This document shows, piece after piece, positions 1-11,154 of a DNA stretch of 64,000 nucleotides (position 1 is the stretch's first letter; every line of letters begins with the position of its first letter). Source of the stretch: Terriglobia bacterium (GTDB taxonomy: Bacteria > Acidobacteriota > Polarisedimenticolia > Polarisedimenticolales > JAIQFR01); the NCBI GenBank assembly GCA_963748015.1, contig CAVVHE010000005.1, positions 1-64,000 on the forward strand, read 5' to 3'. Below the pieces are notes generated by a model. The model saw nothing but the letters and a program-made list of their open reading frames with translations, ran no database searches and had not been told where the DNA came from. The translations under genes and the position numbers were made by a program.

Positions 1-201
1 GACGCCGTCGATGATGCCCCAGGCGATGTTACAGCCCAGTGCGCCGATGAGCATGTCGCGGATGTCCTCGCGGCCCGCCTCGGCGATGCTGAGCGAACCG
101 GTGAAGGTGAGGACCATGATCAGGCCGAAAAGCACTTCGGAGATGCGCTCGACCGGTTCGAGGACCCGTTTGGAGGACTGGATGGGTTCAGGGGTTGACA
201 T
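1..201 (-). CDS. VIT1/CCC1-like membrane protein, 5' part (runs off window start)
   Basis: Not in the ORF track. Hand translation from ATG at 201: MSTPEPIQSSKRVLEPVERISEVLFGLIMVLTFTGSLS...LIGALGCNIAWGIIDGV, open to base 1. Confidence 0.75.
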   Translation of the reverse strand, partial: MSTPEPIQSSKRVLEPVERISEVLFGLIMVLTFTGSLSIAEAGREDIRDMLIGALGCNIAWGIIDGV

Positions 202-360
202 GGAGACATCGGTATTGGTTTGGAACATCCTTGGGTCGCCTGCACGATTTCAGAATTGCGCCCTGGGATTCTGAACCCGGTAGGGCGCCGGTGCACCGGC
301 GCCCGGGCCGCGCACAGCGCAGCCCCACCTTGCGGCGCATGGATCGTCTTCGTTCCTTCC

Positions 361-1459
361 TCATGGCGCACGCGGCGGCAGCAGGTAGAGGGTCATGGCG
401 AAGATCAGATAGACCATCAACACCAAGACCCCGACGAACCAGGCCGAGCGTCCGCTGTTTGTGACCAGGGACGCCGTGAGGGTGGCGAAGAGCATCATCA
501 CCACCGCTCCGGGCCAGAATTGCAGGTCCATCGGCGCCGGACCGATGAAATAGCTCGCCAGCACCAGCACCGGGGCGACAAACAGGGCGATCTGGGAGGC
601 GCTGCCCAGGGCGATGCCCACGCTCAGGTCCAGCCGGTTCTTGCGCGCGCCCGAGAACGCCGAGGCCATCTCCGCCGCGCCGCCGACCAGCGCCACGACG
701 ATGAACCCGACAAAGGCGGGGGTCATCCCGAAGGCTTCCGCCGCCTTCTGCACCGACTCGACGAAGATCTCGCTCACCAGCGCCACCAGCACGGTGACGC
801 CCGCCAGAGTGCCCAGGGCCAGACCGATGGGCCACGGCGGTTCTGCTTCGGCCTCCCCGTGTCCCACGCTGGCGAAGAGTTCCTTGTGGGTCTTGAGCGA
901 GAACAGCATCCCCAGGCCGTAGGCCAGAATCAGCAGGCACCGCCAGCCCGAGACTCAACTTCTGGGTGAACGCCGCTCCGGCCGCCGAGTCAGCCTGTGA
1001 AACCGCCGAGGGTATCAACAGCGCAATCGTGGCCAGGAAGAGCAGGCCCGCTTGCAGGCGGGCGCTGACCCGGTTGAATTCCTGCACGTGATGCTTGAGT
1101 CCGCCGAGCAGAAAGGACGCACCCAACATGAACAGTGTGTTGGTGACGATGGCGCCGGCGACGGACGCCTTCACCAGCATGTATTGGCCGGCGCGCAACG
1201 CGGTCAGGGCGATGACCAGTTCGGTCAGGTTGCCCAGCGTGGCATTGAGCAGGCCACCCACCGCATCGCCGGTCTTGGCCGCCACCGATTCGGTGGCGTG
1301 ACTCAGCAATGCGGCCAGGGGCACGATGGCGAGCACCGACAGCACGAAGAGCAGCGTGTGTGCTTCGGGCTTGAGTTGGGCGGCGGCAAACACCACGGGC
1401 ACAAAGGCCAGCAGCCACAACAGCGGGTTGTGACGGATCTCTTGGAGGAGTGGTTTCAT
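361..1459 (-). CDS. cax: Ca2+/H+ antiporter (CaCA family), one frameshift near 940
   Basis: MKPLLQEIRHNPLLWLL start; alpha-1 motif GGLLNATLGNLTELVI; C-terminal half in ORF 361..909 with ALGSASQIALFVAP. Removing one base near 937 joins the halves. Confidence 0.9.
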
Positions 1460-1482
1460 GTGAATGGGTGCAAGTGCCTGGG

Positions 1483-1911
1483 TCAGGGCTGAGGCTGCGG
1501 CGACTGTGCCTGATACATGCGGCTGACGACAGCGAAAAAGAAGCCGGTGGACCAGCCGCACATCAGGATGCCGGTCAGAGCCTCGACACCGCCGACCAAC
1601 CGCCACGGTTCGGGCAGCACCAGGTCGCCGTAGCCGGTGGTGGTATAGGTCACCGCGCTGAAATACACGGCGGACGGCAGGTCGGGTATGGCGTCCTTCC
1701 ACCAATAGAACAGGGCCCAAACCGCAATCTCGATCAAATGAAACAGCACCATCCAGCCGGCTACCCGGATGAACAGCCACGTCCACGGCCAGAAGCGCGT
1801 GGTCGTGGCGGGGTGACGTTGTGACCAGCGCAAAGCGGAGGTGACGGCCCCGGCGTGAATGGCCACGCACACGGCCATCAAGGACCAGGCAATGAGAAGT
1901 TTGATGAGCAT
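1483..1911 (-). CDS. Two-TM potassium channel family protein (Ion_trans_2)
   Basis: Pore motif YFSAVTYTTTGYGDL flanked by hydrophobic helices; 142 aa. Confidence 0.9.
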   Translation of the reverse strand: MLIKLLIAWSLMAVCVAIHAGAVTSALRWSQRHPATTTRFWPWTWLFIRVAGWMVLFHLIEIAVWALFYWWKDAIPDLPSAVYFSAVTYTTTGYGDLVLPEPWRLVGGVEALTGILMCGWSTGFFFAVVSRMYQAQSPQPQP

Positions 1912-2029
1912 GGGTGCCTATGGGCTGGAAGGGGGCGGCCGCCGTCTCAGACGGCGGGCCTCCTTCGATCGATCCCCTTCGTTTACCGCAACCGGTGCTT
2001 TCCAGCAACCGTACACGCAGAAAACCTGA

Positions 2030-2473
2030 GAGTCGTCGGCTGCTTTCGGCGTTGCCATCAAACGCGGCGCCAAACACTACCAGCGCGATTTCGATCCGGC
2101 GCTTCCCCCTGACAACCCTGCAATTCCGGATGAGGAAATCGGCGTGGCGCTTTGCCTGGGCCAGCACCCGTACAACTTGGACAACCTCCGCGCCGCCGCC
2201 CAATTGCTCAGTTCGCCCCGCGTGGATGCTGCCACGCTCGCCCGACTCACCGTCCCTGAGCGCTGCGAGCCGACCTTGCTCCACATCGCCGCCACGGCGG
2301 AACGCATCGCGCCCGACCTCGAGCCTTGGGCTTTCCTGCAAAAACATCTGAAGCCCAGACCGGTTCCACGCAACGACGCCTTGCCTCACTGGACCCGTCT
2401 GGTCAGTCACACGGGCCTGACAGCGCGGGGCGGCCCGCCAAGGGCCGACTGGCTCTGCCGCCGGCGTCGCTGA
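2030..2473 (+). pseudogene. 5'-truncated hypothetical gene remnant
   Basis: Protein-like frame AFGVAIKRGAKHYQRDF...DEEIGVALCLG...ERCEPTLLHIA...PHWTRLVSHTG is open from just after the stop at 2027-2029, with no convincing start. Confidence 0.5.
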
Positions 2474-2518
2474 TAGTCACATCCCCGATTCGCGCTCTTT
2501 GTCAGCCCACCATGACCG

Positions 2519-4984
2519 CTATTGAGGCACGCATGGTGAGGCGTTCCAGATGTCTTTGGCGTATTCGGCGATGGTGCGGTCGCTCGAAAACCGGCCGGAC
2601 GCGGCGATGTTCAGCACGACCTTGCGGCTCCACGCGTCCGGGTCCTGGTAAAGTTCGCCCAGGCGGGTGTGCGCCTCGCTGTAACTTTTCAAGTCGGCCA
2701 GATGCAGGTAGTGGTCGCCCCCGCCCAACAGCGCGGTGAGGATGGGCTTGAACACGTCCGGCTCATGCTGGCTGAAGTGATTCGCGGCGATGAGCTCCAG
2801 CGCCGCGCGCGTCTCCGGATCGTGATCGTAGTGCCACACCGGACTGTAGAAGCCGCGCGTGTTCGCCACCTGCTCGGCACTCAGGCCGAACAGGAAGAAG
2901 TTCTCCTCGCCGGCGGCCTCGGCCATTTCGATGGTGGCGCCGTCGCGGGTGCCGACGGTGAGCGCGCCGTTCATCATGAACTTCATGTTGCTGGTGCCGC
3001 TGGCTTCGTAGCCCGCGGTCGAGATCTGCTCCGAAACATCGCTGGCGGGAATCAAACGCTCGGCCACGGAAACGCGGTAGTCAGGGACGAACACCACTTT
3101 GAGCCGGCCTTTCACGTCCGGATCGCCGTCCAGCGTCGCGCCCAGGTTGTTGATGAACTTGATGACGAGTTTGGCGAACGTGTAGGCGGGCGCAGCCTTG
3201 CCGCCGAAGAAGAACGTGCGCGGCGGCACGTTCAGCTTGGGATTCGCGCGCAGCCGCTGGTAAAGCACCACGATGTGGAGCGCGTTGAGAAGCTGCCGTT
3301 TGTATTCGTGGATGCGCTTGATCTGGGTGTCAAAGATGGATTCGGGATCCACCACCTGGCCGGTGGCCGTCTTGAGCCAGTCGGTCCACCGCGTCTTCGC
3401 CTCGCGCTTGGCGTTCCGGACGGCAGCGCGGAAGGCCTGGTCGTCCGCGAGCGGCTTGAGCTTCTCCAGTTGAGCGAGGTCGGTTATCCAGCCGTCGCCG
3501 ATGGCGTCGGTGAGGACCCTGGACAGCGCGGGGTTCGCGAGCAGGAGGAAGCGGCGCTGGGTGACGCCGTTGGTCTTGTTGTTGAACCGCTCGGGGAACA
3601 GGTCGGCGAAGTCCGGCACCACCGTTTGCTTCAGCAGGCCGGTGTGAATGGCCGCCACCCCATTGGTGCTGTGCGAACCGACGATGGCCACGTGCGCCAT
3701 GCGGACCTTCTTGGGTTCGCCTTCCTCGATGAGACTCACGCGCGACAGGCGGGCGTCATCTCCCGGATGCTTGGCGCGCACGTCGTCGAGGAAACGGCGG
3801 TTGATCTCATAGATGATTTCGAGCTGGCGGGGCAGCATCGTCTCGAACCAGGGCAGCGGCCACTTCTCCAGCGCCTCGGGCAGCAAGGTGTGATTGGTGT
3901 ACGCCAGCGTGCGCCGGGTAAGATTCCAAGCCTCGTCCCACCCCAGTTTGGCGTCCTCGAGCAGGATGCGCATCAACTCCGGCACGGCCAGCGTCGGATG
4001 CGTGTCGTTGAGCTGCATCGCCACCTGGTCGGGCAGCGCGGGCCAGTCGTTGCCCGCGGCGCGAAAGCGGCGGACGGCGTCCGCCAGGGTGCAGGCCACG
4101 AGGAAGTATTGCTGCAGGAAACGCAGTCCCTTGCCCGCCGTGGTCGAGTCGTCGGGGTAAAGCACGCGGGTGAGCGTCTCAGCCGTGAGGGTTTCCGCCA
4201 ATGCGCCCACGAAGTCACCGCTGCTGAACTGCTGGAAATCAAAGTAATCCGGTGTGGCGGCGGACCACAGGCGGAGGGTGTTGATGGTCTTGCCGCCGTA
4301 ACCGATCACCGGACGGTCGTAGGGAATGCCGATCAGGGTCGAGGGACGGCCGCGCACGACGCACAGATCCCCGCCGCGCACATCGAACGAACAGCCCAGC
4401 CGTACTTCCACGGTTTCGTTGGGCCGGGCGACTTCCCACGGATCGGGTCGGGCGAGCCAGTGATCGGGCTGTTCATGCTGCCAGCCCTCGCGGAGCGTCT
4501 GGCGGAAGATGCCGTATTCGTAGCGCAGGCCGCTGCCCATGCCTGGAATGCCGAGCGTGGCCATGGAATCGAGGAAACACGCGGCCAGGCGCCCGAGGCC
4601 GCCGTTGCCCAGCCCGGCGTCCGGTTCCTGCTCGCAGATCTCCAGGGGGTCCAACCGGTGCTTCTGGCAGAACTCGCCCAGGATGGGATCCAGCAGCAGG
4701 TTGGTGATGTTGTTGGCCAGGGCGCGGCCCATGAGGAATTCGAGCGAGAGGTAATAGACCCGTTTGACGTTCCGTTCCTGGTAAGTTTGCTCGGTCTTGA
4801 GCCAGCGCTGGGAGAGCAGGTCGCGGGTCGCGCGCGCGACCGCCTCGAACTTGTCGCGCGGCGTGGCGGCAGCCAGGGGGATGACCTGGTCGAAGGTGAG
4901 ATGACGTTCGTAGAGCGCGTTGTTGTCACCGGAGAATTTCACCGGGCCACAGTTGAAACGAGCGAGCGGATTTGAGGTGTTCAT
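2519..4984 (-). CDS. glgP: Glycogen/starch/alpha-glucan phosphorylase
   Basis: Motifs YLSLEFLMGR, GLGNGGLGRLAACFLDS, QLNDTHP, KRIHEYKRQ, and PLP-lysine motif EASGTSNMKF. Start at 4984 or 5002. Confidence 0.97.
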   Translation of the reverse strand: MNTSNPLARFNCGPVKFSGDNNALYERHLTFDQVIPLAAATPRDKFEAVARATRDLLSQRWLKTEQTYQERNVKRVYYLSLEFLMGRALANNITNLLLDPILGEFCQKHRLDPLEICEQEPDAGLGNGGLGRLAACFLDSMATLGIPGMGSGLRYEYGIFRQTLREGWQHEQPDHWLARPDPWEVARPNETVEVRLGCSFDVRGGDLCVVRGRPSTLIGIPYDRPVIGYGGKTINTLRLWSAATPDYFDFQQFSSGDFVGALAETLTAETLTRVLYPDDSTTAGKGLRFLQQYFLVACTLADAVRRFRAAGNDWPALPDQVAMQLNDTHPTLAVPELMRILLEDAKLGWDEAWNLTRRTLAYTNHTLLPEALEKWPLPWFETMLPRQLEIIYEINRRFLDDVRAKHPGDDARLSRVSLIEEGEPKKVRMAHVAIVGSHSTNGVAAIHTGLLKQTVVPDFADLFPERFNNKTNGVTQRRFLLLANPALSRVLTDAIGDGWITDLAQLEKLKPLADDQAFRAAVRNAKREAKTRWTDWLKTATGQVVDPESIFDTQIKRIHEYKRQLLNALHIVVLYQRLRANPKLNVPPRTFFFGGKAAPAYTFAKLVIKFINNLGATLDGDPDVKGRLKVVFVPDYRVSVAERLIPASDVSEQISTAGYEASGTSNMKFMMNGALTVGTRDGATIEMAEAAGEENFFLFGLSAEQVANTRGFYSPVWHYDHDPETRAALELIAANHFSQHEPDVFKPILTALLGGGDHYLHLADLKSYSEAHTRLGELYQDPDAWSRKVVLNIAASGRFSSDRTIAEYAKDIWNASPCVPQ

Positions 4985-5109
4985 AGAATGGGTTTGCTTC
5001 ATTGAAAGAGGATGAGCGCCAGCCCCGCCAGGCAGACCAAGGCGGGGATGCCTGGCGCGTGGGCGGCCGGTGGCGTGCTGTCGAGCTGGAAGAGCCAGTT
5101 CATGCCTGC

Positions 5110-6702
<1,593 letters not shown>

Positions 6703-6844
6703 AGGCGTGTGTGTGGTGTTCTTGTTCTATGGATGCTGTGTTCGAAAATCGCCCCCGTGGCCACCTAACCCTGAATCGCATGGCCTTCCGTCGCGAACGA
6801 TCATCATGTTTGTTGGTGCTTGGTTTCTGTTGATGGTGACTGGT

Positions 6845-8917
6845 TCAATCTGAAATAGGGGCATACAGGGCCACGACCGAGCGGGCGGTCGCGCGGTAGC
6901 TGAGTCCGGGACCCGGCGAAGCCTCGCGCCAGGGAACAATGTCGTTCGGCGAGTCAAGGGCGGTGTCAATCCACCGGCGCCAAGGGTTCGCGCCTGCGTT
7001 GCCCGCCGGTGGCAGTTCGAAATCAACCGGTTCCCAATAGGCGTTGAAGATGAGATGGATCAGCAACTTCTCCGGGCGCAGTTCCACGGTGAAGGCCACG
7101 CTGCGCGAATGCTCGCTCCAGTCCGGCTGGTTCAGCCGCGTGCCATGCCAGGCCTTGTTCGCGCCCGAGATGAGTTGGTTTAGGCTCATCCGCCGATTCT
7201 CGTGCTCCGTGCCGCGCAATAGCCGCCGCTCCGCCAGGAGCCGCACGAAGCGATGCACATCCGCGTGCTTCTCGAGCCGCGTCCAGTCGAACCAACTGAT
7301 TTCGTTGTCCTGGCAATAGGCGTTGTTGTTGCCGTCCTGGGAGTGACGGACTTCGTCGCCCATCAGGATCATGGGCACCCCGAGCGAGAGCAGGTTGGCC
7401 ACGAGGAAGTTCTTCACCTGCCGGTTGCGGAGCCGTTCGATGGCGGGATCGGACGTCGGACCTTCGACACCGCAATTCCAGCTTCGGTTGTCGTTCGCGC
7501 CATCACGGTTTTCCTCGCCATTGGCTTCGTTGTGTTTGTCGTTGTAGGACACGAGATCGTTCAGCGTGAAGCCATCGTGGCAGGTGACGAAGTTGATGCT
7601 CTGCTCCGGTTCGCGTTCCTTGTGCCCGTAAATCTCCGGGCTGCCCACCAGGCGGTCGGCGAAGCGACGGAGCGAACCCTCGGCGCCGCGGAAGAAGTCG
7701 CGGACATCGTCGCGGAAGCGTCCGTTCCACTCCCGCCAACTGTCGCCCACGAAGCTGCCCACCTGGTATAGGCCGGCGGCATCCCACGCCTCGGCCATCA
7801 GCTTCGTGCCGGCCAGGACTGGATCGGACTCGATGTCCCACAACACGGGCGGGTTGGGCAGCACATGGCCCCGCTCATCGCGCGCGAGGATGGAGGCCAG
7901 GTCGAAGCGGAAGCCATCCACGTGCATCTCCTGGACCCAGTAGCACAGGCTGTCCACGATCATGCGGCGGACGACGGGATGGTTGGCATTGAGCGTATTG
8001 CCGCAGCCGGTGTAGTTGGCGTAGCGGGCGCGGTCCGGTTCGAGGATGTAGTAGGCCTCGTTCGCGATGCCGCGAAAGCACAGCGCCGGCCCGTTCTCAT
8101 TGCCCTCGGCGGTATGGTTGAAGACCACGTCGAGGATGACTTCGATGCCCGCCCGGTGCAGCGCCTTGACCATGTCACGAAACTCGTCCAGCGGCCCGAG
8201 CGTGTCCTGACGCGAACTGTAGGCGGCGTGCGGCGCGAAGAAGGAAATGGGCGCGTAACCCCAGTAGTTGGTCCTGCCGGCCGGCGCGTCCTGCGTATCA
8301 AACTGGAAGACCGGCAGCAACTCGACGGCCGTGATGCCCAGATCGCGCAGGTGAGGAATCTTCTCGATCAGCCCGGTGTAGGTGCCGCGTCTGGCCTCGG
8401 CGACACCGGAGCTGGGATGGCGCGTGAAGCCGCGCACGTGCATCTCGTAAATGATGGTTTGTGCCGCCGGCCGGCGCAGGGGTTCGTCGCCCTCCCAATC
8501 GTAGGTCGCCGGATCGGTCACGACGCTCTTGAGGGCGGTGGCGGCGTTGTCGCCGGGTTGGCCGGCGGCGGCGCGGCTGTAGTTCAAGGGCATCACCACA
8601 GCGCGACCGTAAGGATCAAGCAGCACCTTCGAGGAATCGAACCGCAGACCGCGCTGCGGCTCGAAGGGGCCGTGCACGCGGTAGCCGTAAAGCTGGCCTG
8701 CCTTCACCCCGGGCACGAAGAGATGCCAGTAGTGGTAGGTCCGATGCGTGGCGGGATCGAGTGTCACCACGCGGCTGGGCCGGGCGTCGTCCGCGCGGTC
8801 GAAGAGCAGCAACTCCACCGTGGTGGCGTGGCGTGTAAAGAGGCTGAAGTTCGCGCCCCCGTCTCGCGGCGTCGCACCGAGCGGATGGGCACTTCCAGCA
8901 GTGGCGTTGGTCTTCAT
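6845..8917 (-). CDS. glgX: Glycogen debranching enzyme (GH13 isoamylase type)
   Basis: Motifs IYEMHVRGFT, NYWGY, DVVFNHTAEG, DGFRFDLAS, AEAWD, NFVTCHDGFTL. Start MKTNATAG at 8917. Confidence 0.97.
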   Translation of the reverse strand: MKTNATAGSAHPLGATPRDGGANFSLFTRHATTVELLLFDRADDARPSRVVTLDPATHRTYHYWHLFVPGVKAGQLYGYRVHGPFEPQRGLRFDSSKVLLDPYGRAVVMPLNYSRAAAGQPGDNAATALKSVVTDPATYDWEGDEPLRRPAAQTIIYEMHVRGFTRHPSSGVAEARRGTYTGLIEKIPHLRDLGITAVELLPVFQFDTQDAPAGRTNYWGYAPISFFAPHAAYSSRQDTLGPLDEFRDMVKALHRAGIEVILDVVFNHTAEGNENGPALCFRGIANEAYYILEPDRARYANYTGCGNTLNANHPVVRRMIVDSLCYWVQEMHVDGFRFDLASILARDERGHVLPNPPVLWDIESDPVLAGTKLMAEAWDAAGLYQVGSFVGDSWREWNGRFRDDVRDFFRGAEGSLRRFADRLVGSPEIYGHKEREPEQSINFVTCHDGFTLNDLVSYNDKHNEANGEENRDGANDNRSWNCGVEGPTSDPAIERLRNRQVKNFLVANLLSLGVPMILMGDEVRHSQDGNNNAYCQDNEISWFDWTRLEKHADVHRFVRLLAERRLLRGTEHENRRMSLNQLISGANKAWHGTRLNQPDWSEHSRSVAFTVELRPEKLLIHLIFNAYWEPVDFELPPAGNAGANPWRRWIDTALDSPNDIVPWREASPGPGLSYRATARSVVALYAPISD

Positions 8918-9094
8918 GCGCAGGATGGTCTCAGTCGTGCATGGTGGGCTCGCCAACCCGCAGGAACTCCAGCCGGGGATGGGCCTGGGGATTGCGCGTC
9001 GAGAGCCCGGCGACCGGCAGGGCAATGTTCCCCGAAACCGCGTGGTCGCCAAGCCAGCGCCGCGCCAAGTCGCACCCGTCTTTTGGGTCTTCCG

Positions 9095-10381
9095 TCAAAT
9101 TGACTCCTCCGTGGTGTCGCCACCAATGCCCAGGCCCTGCCGGTCCGCGACCGAGGCGTCCTGCTTCTCGTCTGCGTCCGCAAAGGACCGCTCGACGGTC
9201 TCATGCAAGCGTTCCTCCCAATGGCGCAGCGCCGGGTGGCGTGAGGCGGGCAGGACCTCGAGGAGATTCTGGATCAAGGCATTCATCCGGCGCATCACCT
9301 GCACGCTGCTGGCGCCGCAGTATCGGACTTCATCCAGGCTGAGCCGGAGAAAATCCTCCCAGGTCGGAAACGGGACCACCAACCGGAGCGCACCCTGGTC
9401 GTCACGGTATGCGCCCACCTCGAGGTGTCGCCGGCCCAGCCGGATCAAGAGGTCCTGGATTTGATCCAGCGCTTGCACGGCGGTGGTCGGATCATTGATG
9501 GCGGGAGAAAGCGCCTTGATGGCGATGTCCACCAGCAGCCGGAGGGCGTATTTCGGATCCTGATCGAACGTGCGTTCATCCCCGATTTCGATGGCGCGGT
9601 TCAGGGCCGCTTCCTCCACCGGCTGGCGCGCGCCATACACCCGCGCCAGGGGGGTCAATTCCAGCAGCGTGTCTCCGACAGCCGCAACCATTTCAATCAC
9701 GCCGCCGGCTGCCTTCGCCAGGCTCACCAGTTCCGCGACCTGCACGCTCTGGATCACCTGGGGTTGTCCGGCATAGTTGATGGTCTGGGTGAGGGGGAGC
9801 GTGGGATGCTCCGGCGCGGGCCTGGCAGTGACCGCGGTGCTGGCGGCGGGATAAAGCTCATCGATGGCCTTGCGTCCGTGGCTGGCGGTGTACACCAGCA
9901 TGCGGTTGACCTGCAGCATGCCGATGCGTTCGATGAGGGCGACGAACATGCCGATGCTGGCGATGAGCAACAGGACCACCGCCCAGCCGCTGATGAGCGG
10001 CACCCGTCCGGACGCGCTCCGGTCCACCCAGGCCAGCAGGATGAGTGCGTAGAGAAAGGTGGCGCTGAACACCCCGAGCGCGTGGGCCACCACGGGGTCA
10101 CGCGCCACCCACAGCACCAGACGCGGCGAGTAGGCCGTGGCGCTAAACTGGACCATGACGAACGCCAGCGAGAAGACGATGCCGGTCATGGCAATCATGC
10201 CCGAGGCAATGGACGAACAGATCGCCATGGCGGACGCCACACTCATGCTGGCCACGAGGTGCGGCAGCCAACGATGCTCCAGGCGCGGGAAGACCATCCC
10301 CACCACGACCGTAACGGCCACGTAGGCCAGCGGAACCGCCCAGCCCTTTTGCTCCAACCATCGCTGTTTGTTGGTTGTCAT
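9095..10381 (-). CDS. DUF2254 family membrane protein
   Basis: Four N-terminal TM segments; QFSATAYSPRL, ERTFDQDP, LVDIAIKALSPAINDPTTAVQALD. Confidence 0.9.
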   Translation of the reverse strand: MTTNKQRWLEQKGWAVPLAYVAVTVVVGMVFPRLEHRWLPHLVASMSVASAMAICSSIASGMIAMTGIVFSLAFVMVQFSATAYSPRLVLWVARDPVVAHALGVFSATFLYALILLAWVDRSASGRVPLISGWAVVLLLIASIGMFVALIERIGMLQVNRMLVYTASHGRKAIDELYPAASTAVTARPAPEHPTLPLTQTINYAGQPQVIQSVQVAELVSLAKAAGGVIEMVAAVGDTLLELTPLARVYGARQPVEEAALNRAIEIGDERTFDQDPKYALRLLVDIAIKALSPAINDPTTAVQALDQIQDLLIRLGRRHLEVGAYRDDQGALRLVVPFPTWEDFLRLSLDEVRYCGASSVQVMRRMNALIQNLLEVLPASRHPALRHWEERLHETVERSFADADEKQDASVADRQGLGIGGDTTEESI

Positions 10382-10384
10382 GGT

Positions 10385-10710
10385 TCAAGACTCCAGACGG
10401 AACGCGCCCACCCGGGTCGGATCACTCGCGTCGGGGTTGAACACGTCACCGGTCAGGCCGGCCACCTTCCAGCTCACGCCCACGAGCAGGCCGCGCCCGG
10501 TCTCGCAGGCCCGTGTCCGCCGGGCCACCAACGCCATACCCCAGCCAGTCCGCTGGGGTAAGCGTCCCCTCCGACCCGTCGTAGAGCAAGCTTTCCGTGA
10601 ACCGGCCGCGGGCGAGGACACATTCGGCTTCGCTGCAGCGTTCCGGGTTCCCCCACGCCACTGGAGCACCGACTGGAGATCGGACCCGGCGCAATTGCGG
10701 GAATGGCACG
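10385..10710 (-). pseudogene. Degenerate 3' half of a putative beta-barrel hypothetical gene
   Basis: Protein-like pieces in three frames: IAPG / SEAECVL...SEGTLTPADWLGYGV / RTRACETGRGLLVGVSWK...VFNPDASDPT. Family assignment is from recollection only. Confidence 0.4.
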
Positions 10711-10925
10711 GCGCCCAAACTGTGAACTCGATCCGCTGGAACAGCCCCGTCCCGCCGGCCACCCGAAAGAAGAGCCGGGGCCACGGCCAGAAACGACCGG
10801 CCGTATCGGCGCTGGCGTCGCGGCCAGCACAAGGGCGAGGTCACGGCACCCGCATCGATGGCCACGCACAAAGACGTCAACCCCAGGCGATGAGAAGTTT
10901 GACGAGCATAGCTGCCTATGGGTTG
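10711..10925 (-). pseudogene. Decayed duplicate of the 5' half of the K+ channel gene at 1483..1911
   Basis: DNA similarity: atgagaagtttgacgagcatagctgcctatgggttgg versus atgagaagtttgatgagcatgggtgcctatgggctgg. Protein AGGTGLFQRIEFTVWA versus AGWMVLFHLIEIAVWA. Confidence 0.8.
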
Positions 10926-11154
10926 GTCGCCGAGCGGGCAGCGGCATAGGGCCTCCGGTGCTCGCGCAGGCGAAAAGCGTGATGGTGGTCTAACCGAGGG
11001 CTGCCATCCCCCCCTTATGGAAGCGGCCCCGGCAGCAGGGAGGGCGGGGCGGCGCAACATGCCGCTTCCTGGCCACGGCATTGGCTGGTGTGTCAGCTTC
11101 TCTTGGGATGCAAGCTTGCCTGCTCAAGGCTATCGCGATAGCGTTCAACTACTC

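Noticed and set aside
188..2410. 740-aa ORF suggesting a large cax fusion
   Set aside because: Only about 940..1459 is antiporter; the rest is off-frame read-through over the K+ channel gene and a frameshift.
2669..4975. Long plus-strand ORFs (768 aa here; also 52950..56369, 56323..57969, 20557..22083, 18515..19834)
   Set aside because: Antisense shadows of well-supported minus-strand genes in high-GC DNA; no motifs.
5018..5055. CCCCGCC...GGCGGGG hairpin between pckA and glgP as a terminator
   Set aside because: No U-tract on the coding strand and a large loop.
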